Of a stretch of 64,000 nt of DNA, positions 53,226-61,828 are shown piece after piece (the stretch's first letter is position 1; every line of letters starts with the position of its first letter). The position numbers were made by a program, and so were the translations under genes. Under the pieces are notes generated by a model. It worked only from the letters and a program-made list of their open reading frames with translations. It had not been told where the DNA came from and did not search any database. Origin of the DNA: Clostridia bacterium (GTDB lineage: Bacteria; Bacillota; Clostridia; Christensenellales; UBA1242); the NCBI GenBank assembly GCA_045650505.1, contig JAZRRE010000030.1:6966-70965 (forward strand), given 5' to 3'.

Positions 53226-53336
53226 GGCGTCATAAATCAAATAAACACAATCAAAACATACTAAAAATTAAACAACAAACTAAATCGTTTGATTTTTGAA
53301 AACAAAATAAATAAACTTAAAATGGAGAAATGTATT

Positions 53337-54635
53337 ATGAAAACAGAAATTAAGAGTATTGAACTCGAAAAAGAATGTGAAATCTCTGGTTTTATTGAAA
53401 CCACAAGAGAACAAAAAACAATGTTATTTATCGTGCTTCGTGACAGAAGCGGCAAAATTCAAGTGGCTATTGAAAAAGCAAAAATGCCAGAAGTTGCAGC
53501 AAAAGTTGCAAGTCTTTTAAAAGACAGCGTTATTCGTGTTAAAGGTCACGCTGTTTCTGCACCAAACGTAACACTTGGTGGAATCGAGTTTGTTCCAAGT
53601 GAAATTGAAATTGAAAGTGAAGCAGAAAACCTTCCTATCACTGCAGAAAGTTCAATCGACCTTCGTCAAGACTATCGTTGGATTGACCTTCGTGATGAAA
53701 AACGCAGACACATTTTTGAAATCCGTTCATTTGTTGAATCAAAAATGAGAGAGTTCTTTGTGTCTAAAGGTTTCATTGAAATCCACACACCAAAAATCTC
53801 TGCACAATGCAGTGAAGGTGGCGCAGAAGTGTTTGGCATTGACTATTATGGTCAAAAAGCATACCTCACACAAAGCCCACAATTCTATAAACAAATGGCT
53901 ATTGCTTCAGGTTTTGAAAAAGTTTTTGAAATCGGTGCACAATATAGAGCAGAAAAATCTTTCACAGCAAGACACGCAGCAGAAAGCGTTGCCCTTGACT
54001 TTGAAATTGCTGATGTTAAATCACACCACGAAGTTTGTGACACAGAAGAAGAAATGCTTGTCTTTGTGCTTAAAGCAATCAAAGAAAAATATGGTGATTT
54101 AATCGAAAAAGAATTTGGCGTTCCTGTTTTAGTTCCAACAGGCAGAGTTCCAAGATTCAAACTTAAAGAAGTTTTTGAAATTTTTGAAAAAGAATACGGA
54201 ATCAAAACACCAGAAGCTAAAAAGCTTGACCTTGACCCAGATGCTGAAAAACTTATCTGCAAATATGCAGCAGAAAAACTTGGCAGCGAACTTGTGTTCA
54301 TCACTGACTACCCTGCTGAAGCTCGTGCATTCTATTCAAAGAAAGTGAGTGAAGACTCGCTTGATTGTATGTCACTTGACCTTCTCTATCGTGGTTGGGA
54401 AATGAACAGTGGCGCTGTTCGTGAACACAGATATGAAGTTCTTAAAAAACAAATTGAAGAAAAAGGAATCAAAGCAGACCTTATGGCTGACTACCTTGAA
54501 TTCTTCAAATATGGTTGCCCTCCACATGGTGGAATCGGTCTTGGAATCGACAGATTTGTTGCTAAACTTCTTGACCTTCCTAGCATAAAAGAAAGCATTT
54601 TAGTTTTCCGTGGTCCAAGCAGACTTAAACCATAA
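53337..54635 (+). CDS. aspS: aspartyl-tRNA synthetase, archaeal/type-2 form (probably non-discriminating)
   Basis: LTQSPQFYKQ and QYRAEKSFTARHAAE (motif 2), GGIGLGIDRF (motif 3), C-terminal FRGPSRLKP. I prefer ATG 53337 (SD GGAGA 8 nt upstream) over the TTG at 53289. gatCAB follows. Confidence 0.85.
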   Translation: MKTEIKSIELEKECEISGFIETTREQKTMLFIVLRDRSGKIQVAIEKAKMPEVAAKVASLLKDSVIRVKGHAVSAPNVTLGGIEFVPSEIEIESEAENLPITAESSIDLRQDYRWIDLRDEKRRHIFEIRSFVESKMREFFVSKGFIEIHTPKISAQCSEGGAEVFGIDYYGQKAYLTQSPQFYKQMAIASGFEKVFEIGAQYRAEKSFTARHAAESVALDFEIADVKSHHEVCDTEEEMLVFVLKAIKEKYGDLIEKEFGVPVLVPTGRVPRFKLKEVFEIFEKEYGIKTPEAKKLDLDPDAEKLICKYAAEKLGSELVFITDYPAEARAFYSKKVSEDSLDCMSLDLLYRGWEMNSGAVREHRYEVLKKQIEEKGIKADLMADYLEFFKYGCPPHGGIGLGIDRFVAKLLDLPSIKESILVFRGPSRLKP

Positions 54636-54726
54636 AAACGCAAAATCAACTGAAAATTATATAAAAAATATATAAAAAATCGCAAAAAATATAAAAATAA
54701 TGCAAAAAAATCAAAAGGAGAGAATT

Positions 54727-54999
54727 ATGGAAGACATTGCGCATTTAGAATATTTAAGCAAACTTAAATTCGAAGACGCAGAAAGAGCAGCCTTTGAAAG
54801 CGAGTTCAAAAACATTATTTCTTTCGTTGATGAAATTGCAAATCTTGAACTTGAAGACCAACTTGATTTAGACAAGGCAATTTCAATTAGCGACTTAAGA
54901 GCAGATGAAGCGCACACTAGCATTTCGCAAGAAGAAGCACTTCAAAATGCACCAATACAAAAGGACGGATGTTATGTAACTCCGCTGGTGATTGACTAA
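54727..54999 (+). CDS. gatC: Asp/Glu-tRNA amidotransferase subunit C
   Basis: Size, position before gatA/gatB, and the LSKLKF..EE...F...I..FVDEI pattern. ATG 54727 with SD AAGGAGAG. Confidence 0.85.
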   Translation: MEDIAHLEYLSKLKFEDAERAAFESEFKNIISFVDEIANLELEDQLDLDKAISISDLRADEAHTSISQEEALQNAPIQKDGCYVTPLVID

Positions 55000-56414
55000 T
55001 GGATTATTCAAAACTTACACTTATCGAAATTAAAGAAGGCATTTTGTCAGGAAAGTTCACAAGTGAAGAAGTGACAAAACACTTCATTTCAGTTTGCGAG
55101 GCAAAAAAAGACCTCAACGCAATGATTGAAGTTTTTGATGATGCCATCAAACAAGCAAAAGCTGTTGATGAAAAAATCAAAAATAAAGAAAAGGTCGGCA
55201 AACTTGCAGGCGTGCCTATTGCAATTAAAGACAACATTTTATATAAAGGCAAACACGCAGGTTGTGCAAGCAAGTTTATGCAAGACTTTATTGCACCATA
55301 TAACGCAACCGTTGTTGAAAAACTTCTTGCTGAAGATGCAGTTATTCTTGGCAGAACTAATATGGATGAATTTGCTATGGGTGGAAGCACTGAAAAATCT
55401 TTCTATGGTGCTTGCCACAACGCACACGCATTTGACCGTGTTGCTGGTGGTTCATCTGGTGGAAGCGCTGTTGCTGTTGCTGCAGGAATGGTTCCTTGCG
55501 CACTTGGAACAGACACCGGTGGTTCAATTCGCCAACCATCATCATATAACGGCACAGTTGGAATCAAACCAACTTATGGAACAGTTTCAAGATTTGGAAT
55601 CGTTGCATTTGCATCATCACTTGACCAATGCTCACCTATCACAAAAACTGTTGAAGACCTTGAATATGTGCTTCGAATCATCGCTTCAAAAGATGAACAC
55701 GATGGCACAACAATCACCAACTTTATGGTGAGAAGCCCTAAACAAAAATATACCCTTGGCATTTGCAAAGAAATGCTTGCAAAATTCAAAACAATGCCAG
55801 GCTATAAACCATTCACAGAGGCTCTTGAAAAATTAAAATCTACTTTTGATTTTGTTGAGGTTTCAATCCCTCATATTGCAAACTCACTTGCAACATATTA
55901 CATCATTTCACCAGCCGAAGTTGCTTCAAACCTTGCAAGATTTGATGGTGTGAAATACACAAAGCGTTTCGGCTCTGCAAAAGACCTTGAAAGTGTTTAT
56001 GTTGAAAGCAGAAGCGAAGGATTTGGCAAAGAAGTTAAACGCAGAATAATGCTTGGAAACTTCGTTCTTTCAAGTGGTTATTTTGATGCATATTACAACA
56101 AAGCAAAAAAAGTTCAAAAACTTATCAAGAAAGAATTTAAGGCTGCATTTGAAAAATGTGATGCACTTATTCTTCCAACAACCACAGGTGAAGCATTCAA
56201 GATTGGTGAAAAAATGAGTGACCCTGTTTCAATGTATCTTGAAGACCTTTTCACCGTTCCTGCAAACATTTCAGGAATGCCAGCACTTGTTGTGCCTTAT
56301 GCAACCGGCGAAAACAACCTTCCTCTTGGAATGCAATTTATGGCTGATGAATGCGCAGAAGGCAACCTTTTTGATATCGCAAAAATCTTTGAATATACTA
56401 TGGAGGTGAAATAA
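54999..56414 (+). CDS. gatA: Asp/Glu-tRNA amidotransferase subunit A
   Basis: Amidase signature GGSSGGSAVAVAAG and GTDTGGSIRQP. ATG overlaps the gatC TAA. Confidence 0.95.
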   Translation: MDYSKLTLIEIKEGILSGKFTSEEVTKHFISVCEAKKDLNAMIEVFDDAIKQAKAVDEKIKNKEKVGKLAGVPIAIKDNILYKGKHAGCASKFMQDFIAPYNATVVEKLLAEDAVILGRTNMDEFAMGGSTEKSFYGACHNAHAFDRVAGGSSGGSAVAVAAGMVPCALGTDTGGSIRQPSSYNGTVGIKPTYGTVSRFGIVAFASSLDQCSPITKTVEDLEYVLRIIASKDEHDGTTITNFMVRSPKQKYTLGICKEMLAKFKTMPGYKPFTEALEKLKSTFDFVEVSIPHIANSLATYYIISPAEVASNLARFDGVKYTKRFGSAKDLESVYVESRSEGFGKEVKRRIMLGNFVLSSGYFDAYYNKAKKVQKLIKKEFKAAFEKCDALILPTTTGEAFKIGEKMSDPVSMYLEDLFTVPANISGMPALVVPYATGENNLPLGMQFMADECAEGNLFDIAKIFEYTMEVK

Positions 56415-57841
56415 TGGATTATTTAGATAACTTTGACCTTGTCATTGGTCTTGAAATCCACGCAGAACTTAACACAAACACAAAAGTTTTCTGTTCTTGC
56501 AAAAATGAATTCGGTTCACTTCCAAACACAAACACCTGCCCTGTTTGCACAGGTATGCCAGGCGCACTTCCAATTTTAAACAGACGTGCTGTTGAACTTG
56601 CAATCAAATCAGGCTTAAGCTTTGGTTCAAAAATCAACAACTATTCAGTTTTTGAAAGAAAGAATTATTTTTACCCAGATTTAAGCAAGGCTTATCAAAT
56701 CAGCCAACTTGTTTATCCACTCTGCCTTTCAGGTGGCGTTAAACTTGACAACGGAAAATTTGTTCGTTTAAACCGTATTCACCTTGAAGAAGATGCTGGA
56801 AAACTCACTCACATCAGCAAAGCTGTTGGAACATTCGTTGACTATAACCGTGGTGGAACTCCACTTATCGAAATGGTCACTGAACCAGATATTTCTTCAG
56901 CAGAAGAAGCTGTTGACTTTTTAAAGAAAGTTCGTGAAACACTTGTGTTTGAAAACATTGCTAACTGCAAAATGGAAGAAGGTGGAATGCGTTGCGACGT
57001 TAACCTTTCCTTGAAACCAAAAGGCAGCCTTGTTTATGGCACAAGAACTGAAATGAAAAACTTAAACTCATTTAAGAGTGTTCAAAGAGCCATTGAATAT
57101 GAAGCAAAACGCCAAGCAGAAGTTTTGGTTTCTGGCGGAATCATTCTTCAAGAAACCAGAAAATGGGACGACGACAAAGGCAAGAGTTCTTCAATGAGAA
57201 GCAAAGAACACGCTCAAGATTATCGTTATTTCCCAGACCCAGACCTTCTTCCAATTTCAGTATCTTATGAAGACATTTCAAAAATTAAAGAAGAAATGGT
57301 TATGCTTCCTGCAGAGCGTAGAGAAAGATATGTTAAAGAGTTTGGCATTCCTGAATACGATGCTAGCATTTTAACAACATCAAAATATATTTCAGACTAC
57401 TACGAAACTTGCGTTAAAATTTACAACAACCCTAAGAAGCTCAGCAACTGGATTATGGTTGACCTTTTAAAACTTGTTAAAGACCAAGAAGAATTTGTTT
57501 TCCCTGTAACTGAAGAACATTTAACAACAATCGTTAAAATGGTTGAAGACAGAGTGATTAACAAAACAATCGCACTTGAACTTTTAGACAAAGTTATTGA
57601 AACAAAGAAAGACCCAATGGTTCTTGCAAAAGAAATGAATCTTTTAGTTACAATCAGTGATGAAGAAATTTTGAACCTTTTGAAAAAACTCAAAGCAGAA
57701 AATGAAAAAGTTCAAGCAGACTATAAGCAAGACCCTGAAAAGATTTCAAAATTTATTATCGGCTATGTTATGAAAAACACTGCCGGCAAAGCAAATTCAG
57801 GAAAAGTTATTGCGCTTATTCCAACCGTTTTTGAAAAATAA
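56414..57841 (+). CDS. gatB: Asp/Glu-tRNA amidotransferase subunit B
   Basis: VIGLEIHAELNT..KVFCSC, NYFYPDL, IHLEEDAGK, MRSKEHAQDYRYFPDPDL. Confidence 0.95.
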   Translation: MDYLDNFDLVIGLEIHAELNTNTKVFCSCKNEFGSLPNTNTCPVCTGMPGALPILNRRAVELAIKSGLSFGSKINNYSVFERKNYFYPDLSKAYQISQLVYPLCLSGGVKLDNGKFVRLNRIHLEEDAGKLTHISKAVGTFVDYNRGGTPLIEMVTEPDISSAEEAVDFLKKVRETLVFENIANCKMEEGGMRCDVNLSLKPKGSLVYGTRTEMKNLNSFKSVQRAIEYEAKRQAEVLVSGGIILQETRKWDDDKGKSSSMRSKEHAQDYRYFPDPDLLPISVSYEDISKIKEEMVMLPAERRERYVKEFGIPEYDASILTTSKYISDYYETCVKIYNNPKKLSNWIMVDLLKLVKDQEEFVFPVTEEHLTTIVKMVEDRVINKTIALELLDKVIETKKDPMVLAKEMNLLVTISDEEILNLLKKLKAENEKVQADYKQDPEKISKFIIGYVMKNTAGKANSGKVIALIPTVFEK

Positions 57842-57859
57842 AGTTAAAGTGAGAAAGTT

Positions 57860-58114
57860 ATGGAAGAAATTAAACCAGGAATCTACAAACATTTTAAAGG
57901 CAAATTCTGTGATGTTATTTGCACAGCAAAACATTCAGACAGAGATGAAGTTTTAGTGATTTACAGAGGCGTGAACGACGGTGGTCACTTTGCAAGACCA
58001 GCCGAATCTTTTCTTGGAACAGCAACCGATAAAGATGGCAACACCGTTCCTAGATTCACCCCTGCAACAAAAGCAGAACTTGAAAGCCTTAATGAACAAG
58101 GGTTAATCAAATAA
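57860..58114 (+). CDS. DUF1653-like small protein
   Basis: GIYKHFKGKFCDV...VIYRG pattern. Last gene of the aspS-gatCAB transcription unit. Confidence 0.55.
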   Translation: MEEIKPGIYKHFKGKFCDVICTAKHSDRDEVLVIYRGVNDGGHFARPAESFLGTATDKDGNTVPRFTPATKAELESLNEQGLIK

Positions 58115-58123
58115 ACTAAACAT

Positions 58124-58154
58124 AAAAGCCACCAACAATGGTGGTTTTTATTTT
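58124..58154 (+). terminator. intrinsic terminator ending the aspS-gatCAB unit
   Basis: Stem CCACCA/TGGTGG (58129-58144) followed by a T-run. Confidence 0.7.
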
Positions 58155-58158
58155 GCTC

Positions 58159-58187
58159 TTGAAAACTAATTCATTTTGTGTTAAACT
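58159..58187 (+). promoter_or_regulatory. sigma-A type promoter placing +1 on the ATG at 58194 (leaderless geometry)
   Basis: TTGAAA (58159-58164), 17 nt, TAAACT (58182-58187), 6 nt, ATG. No SD. Confidence 0.5.
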
Positions 58188-58193
58188 GCGTTT

Positions 58194-58730
58194 ATGAAAG
58201 TTTATAGATATTTATCACAAACTGAATTAGATAATTTTTTAAATGGCAACCTTGCTGAAGTTGGCTCAACTTACAGACCCACAGATGGATACAAACGCAT
58301 TAATAATCACAGATATAAAGAAGGCGTTAAATATCTTCACTTCTTTAAACATAAAGAAGACTGCAGGCGTGTTAAGTTTAACAGCGAAGGCAAGTTTGTT
58401 GACTTTTATGTTGCAGAATTTGATGTTCCAATCACAGTGCTTGCACTTCATATGGGTTCTGGCAGATACAACGCAAGTGGCTACATCACTGACATTGAAA
58501 GCGTTCGTGAATTTGCTGTTCCAGCATCAAAAATCAAAGCAAGATATTTGCTTTCTTACACCCGTGATGAAGCACACCACAGTGCAATGGAAGAAGTTGA
58601 GTCACTTCGAAAAATGATTTTTAAAACCAAAGATGTTTTTAAAAACTCAACCCTTCCCGAACTTCAAAAACGCACACCAAAAACAGAAGAATCTTCAACA
58701 AGTGAAACCGATTCTTTTCAGCCAAATTAA
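58194..58730 (+). CDS. hypothetical protein
   Basis: 178-aa ORF with its own promoter and terminator. No family recognised. Confidence 0.45.
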   Translation: MKVYRYLSQTELDNFLNGNLAEVGSTYRPTDGYKRINNHRYKEGVKYLHFFKHKEDCRRVKFNSEGKFVDFYVAEFDVPITVLALHMGSGRYNASGYITDIESVREFAVPASKIKARYLLSYTRDEAHHSAMEEVESLRKMIFKTKDVFKNSTLPELQKRTPKTEESSTSETDSFQPN

Positions 58731-58742
58731 TTTGATTTCAAA

Positions 58743-58771
58743 CAAAAAACACGGAAAATTCCGTGTTTTTA
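58743..58771. terminator. bidirectional intrinsic terminator
   Basis: A-run, stem ACACGGA/TCCGTGT (58749-58766), T-run. Confidence 0.75.
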
Positions 58772-58819
58772 TTATTTTTTCATTATTTTTACGCTATTTT
58801 ATTTTCATTTTTGCGTTTT

Positions 58820-60157
58820 TTATTCTGGCTTAACATTTCCCTTAACCATTGCTTGATAGTTCGCCAAATCTTCTTCATTTTTCTTTTCAATTCGTTTAGA
58901 AATATCTGATTTAGGGTTTTCCATATCATTAACACCAGCAAGCATTGTTTCAGGAACAAGCCCTTCTTTAACCAATTCTTTCACAAGGTCTGCCATTTCA
59001 AGTCTTGCAACATTTTTAAAATTGAGTCTTGTGTCTTCAACTTGATGGTTCTCATAAGAAGCATCATATTCAGCAGGAAGTTTCATAACTGTGCGTGCTT
59101 GAACTCTCCATTCGTTATAATAAATTGCCGAAATCTTTTCAAGTTCTTCAAATGTAAAAATCTTCTTGCCTTGAAGTGCTTTAAGTGTTTTTTGTTTCAC
59201 AATTTCTTTAAATGCCGCTGTTCTTTGTGTGATTTCAGCATCTTTTTCTGCAGCAATAAATTTTGTTTTTTCAATATTTTCAAGAATCTCTTGCTTGAGC
59301 CCATCATCATCTACAAATTCTTCAAGTGCAGATTTAAGTGCTCTTTTAACGATATCTCTGTTTCTGTCAAAAATATTCGACTTAAATGAAAGCCCCTGAA
59401 GCACTGTCATAATTTGGTCAGTGTCTTTATTTTGTTCATCAACACCCAACAATTCATAAGGCACATAAAGTCTTGGGTCTGCCCAAGAAGCCTCACGCTG
59501 CATCCATTCAATATGAACATCATGCGACATTTTTTCAAGGTCCCCATAAACTTTTTGAGGGTCACCTTGAAGTGCACCTTGTGGAAGTGATGTTTTGATA
59601 AGTGCAATAGCAAACTTTGCTGCTTCAAGATTTGCATCTTTCCATTTTTGAGTCAGGTTTTCAAACTGAACTCTTATAAGGTCAAACTGAACTTCTTCAT
59701 AATCTTCAATAACTTCTTTTTTTGTTCCATCAGGTTGTTCTTGCTGAACTTTTCTTTGTTTTGGAACAATTTTAAACAAAGGAACCATATCTTCTTTTTT
59801 CAAAGTTTCTAAATCTTGACCGGTAAATTTCGCGTAAAGTTCAGGAGTTAAGTTTAAATATATATCACGATGAGCAAGCACGTGCTCTGTGAACTTATCA
59901 TCTTTCACAGGTCTAAAGTGTTGATAATCCTCTCCTTTTTCACTTATTAAATTTTGTTTCCAATCTTCATGAAGACCCTGACTCATTAAATTTGCAAGTT
60001 TTGTGAGTTTTCTTGGCGCTGTTTCAGGGTGTCCTTCAGCAAGTGCTTTTTCATAAGCTTCTTTTTCAACCAGATAAAACCCATCTGATTCAGTATGCCC
60101 AATGTAATATGGTTTATTATTAATATTCAATGCTCTAAAAACATAAGAACTGCTCAT
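58820..60157 (-). CDS. hypothetical protein with RyR-like repeats (by eye)
   Basis: Repeated pattern LANLMSQGLHEDWKQ..., MSHDVHIEWMQ...YVPYELLGVDEQNKDTDQI, ISAIYYNEWRVQ... SD GAGGTGAG upstream. Confidence 0.45.
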   Translation of the reverse strand: MSSSYVFRALNINNKPYYIGHTESDGFYLVEKEAYEKALAEGHPETAPRKLTKLANLMSQGLHEDWKQNLISEKGEDYQHFRPVKDDKFTEHVLAHRDIYLNLTPELYAKFTGQDLETLKKEDMVPLFKIVPKQRKVQQEQPDGTKKEVIEDYEEVQFDLIRVQFENLTQKWKDANLEAAKFAIALIKTSLPQGALQGDPQKVYGDLEKMSHDVHIEWMQREASWADPRLYVPYELLGVDEQNKDTDQIMTVLQGLSFKSNIFDRNRDIVKRALKSALEEFVDDDGLKQEILENIEKTKFIAAEKDAEITQRTAAFKEIVKQKTLKALQGKKIFTFEELEKISAIYYNEWRVQARTVMKLPAEYDASYENHQVEDTRLNFKNVARLEMADLVKELVKEGLVPETMLAGVNDMENPKSDISKRIEKKNEEDLANYQAMVKGNVKPE

Positions 60158-60213
60158 CTTCTCACCTCTAAATCAATCTTAACAAATTATTATTAATATG
60201 TAAATCTTAAAAC

Positions 60214-60245
60214 AAAAAAATCACTGAAAGTCAGTGATTTTTTTA
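60214..60245 (-). terminator. intrinsic terminator after tyrS
   Basis: A-run, stem ATCACTGA/TCAGTGAT (60220-60238), T-run. Confidence 0.75.
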
Positions 60246-61493
60246 TTATTTTAAAACTACTTTGATAAATGTTTTCTTTCCTTTTTTGAGAAGAATTGAA
60301 CCATCTTCAAAATCTGCTTCTTTGATAACAAGATTAACATCGGCAACTTTTTCGCCTTTAGCAGAAATGCCACCGTTATCAATCATCTTTCTTGATTCGC
60401 CTTTGCTTGAGCAAAGTTTGGTTTTAACAAGAAGGTCTAAAATGCTGATTCCTTCACCAAGTTCTGCTTTTGAAAGTTCAAATTCAGGAGCATCATTTCC
60501 ACCATCAGTGAAAAGATTTTCACTCATATTTCTAGCAAGAATTGCATCTTCTTCGCCGCGAACAAACTTTGTGATTTCATAGCAAAGTCTCTTTTTAGCA
60601 TTAACAATGTTTTCAGCAATAAGTTCATCAATTTCTTTCATTGGAACGTCTGTGAAAAGCGCAAACATCATTCTAACGCAAGCGTCTGGTGTTTGATAGA
60701 TTCCTTGATAGAAATCATAAGCAGAAATTTTGTCTTTATCAAGCCAAATAGCACCCTTTTCAGTTTTGCCCATCTTTTTGCCTTCTGGAGTCAAAAGAAG
60801 TGGGTTTGTTGCACCAATTAAGGTTGTGTTTGTGCCATTTGCAAAGTTTAATTTTCTTTGAAGTTCAACACCTGCTGCAATATTTCCCCATTGGTCTGCA
60901 CCACCATATTGAAGTTGGCAACCATATTCTTTTGCAAGGTGAACAAAGTCATAAGCTTGCATTGGCATATAACCAAGTTCGAAAAGTGTGAGTCCACCTT
61001 CGTTGATTCTGTTTGCATAAATTTCGTTAGAGAGCATTTTGTTGATGTTAAAATGAACGCCAATTTCTCTCATAAAATCAATATAGTTCAAGTTCTTAAA
61101 CCAATCAGCATTGTTAACAATAACAGCCTTGTTTTCGCCTTCAAAATCTAAAAAGATTGAAAGTGTGCTTTTGATTTTTTCAATATTTGCTTGAACTTCT
61201 TCGTAAGAGAGCATTTTTCTCATTTCGGTTTTGCCTGATGGGTCACCAATTGAAGCAGTTGCACCACCCATTAAAACCAAAACTTTGTGACCTGCTTTTT
61301 GGAATCTGCGAAGAATTGTGTAAGGCACGCAGTGACCAATATGCAAACTGTCTGCTGTTGGGTCGGTTCCTTCATAAAGTGTGATTGGTGTGCCAGATTC
61401 AAGCATTTTTTTCAAGGCTTCTTCATCTGTGCATTGATATAAAAGACCTCTCTCTTTTAATTCGTTATATAAATTTTTATCTACTTTTGTCAT
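60246..61493 (-). CDS. tyrS: tyrosyl-tRNA synthetase
   Basis: GTDPTADSLHIGH (HIGH), KMGKTE (KMSKS-like), C-terminal S4-like domain. I prefer ATG 61493 (SD GAGGAAAGGA) over the track start 61571. Confidence 0.9.
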   Translation of the reverse strand: MTKVDKNLYNELKERGLLYQCTDEEALKKMLESGTPITLYEGTDPTADSLHIGHCVPYTILRRFQKAGHKVLVLMGGATASIGDPSGKTEMRKMLSYEEVQANIEKIKSTLSIFLDFEGENKAVIVNNADWFKNLNYIDFMREIGVHFNINKMLSNEIYANRINEGGLTLFELGYMPMQAYDFVHLAKEYGCQLQYGGADQWGNIAAGVELQRKLNFANGTNTTLIGATNPLLLTPEGKKMGKTEKGAIWLDKDKISAYDFYQGIYQTPDACVRMMFALFTDVPMKEIDELIAENIVNAKKRLCYEITKFVRGEEDAILARNMSENLFTDGGNDAPEFELSKAELGEGISILDLLVKTKLCSSKGESRKMIDNGGISAKGEKVADVNLVIKEADFEDGSILLKKGKKTFIKVVLK

Positions 61494-61631
61494 AATAATT
61501 TTCCTTTCCTCTATATTTTTTGTTTGAAATTTCACCAAAAGTGATTTAACATTACTTGCCCCAAAGGGCATAAGTTTTAATAACTAACAATGATTGTACC
61601 ATACTTTTCTCCAAAAATAAACATTTTTGAC

Positions 61632-61664
61632 AAATAAAAAATTCTGCCTATTTTTATGGCAGAA
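61632..61664 (-). terminator. intrinsic terminator (attenuator) in the tyrS leader
   Basis: Minus strand TTCTGCC (61664-61658) / GGCAGAA (61648-61642), 9-nt loop, then TTTTTTATTT (61641-61632). Confidence 0.65.
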
Positions 61665-61748
61665 ATTAAAAAAACTGCCATAAGCTTTTTTGCTATATGT
61701 CAGTTTCAAGTTTTTATTATTTATCCACACAAAACTCTACATATAGCC

Positions 61749-61796
61749 TTATATGCAGTAGTAATAATATGCAAAAACTGAATTTAAAACTTTCAT
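61749..61796 (-). CDS. candidate leader peptide MKVLNSVFAYYYYCI (four consecutive Tyr codons)
   Basis: Not in the ORF track. SD-like AAGG (61808-61805) lies 8 nt before the ATG. TAT TAT TAC TAC at 61769-61758, TAA at 61751-61749. Confidence 0.55.
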   Translation of the reverse strand: MKVLNSVFAYYYYCI

Positions 61797-61828
61797 AATC
61801 TTCGCCTTTTATTTTGTGTTATAAACTA

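Noticed and set aside
61494-61571. 26-aa N-terminal extension of tyrS (track start 61571, MPFGASNVKSLLVKFQTKNIEERKII).
   Set aside because: TyrRS homologues begin near MTKV..NLYNELKERG. A strong SD (GAGGAAAGGA) sits directly before ATG 61493, and none precedes 61571.
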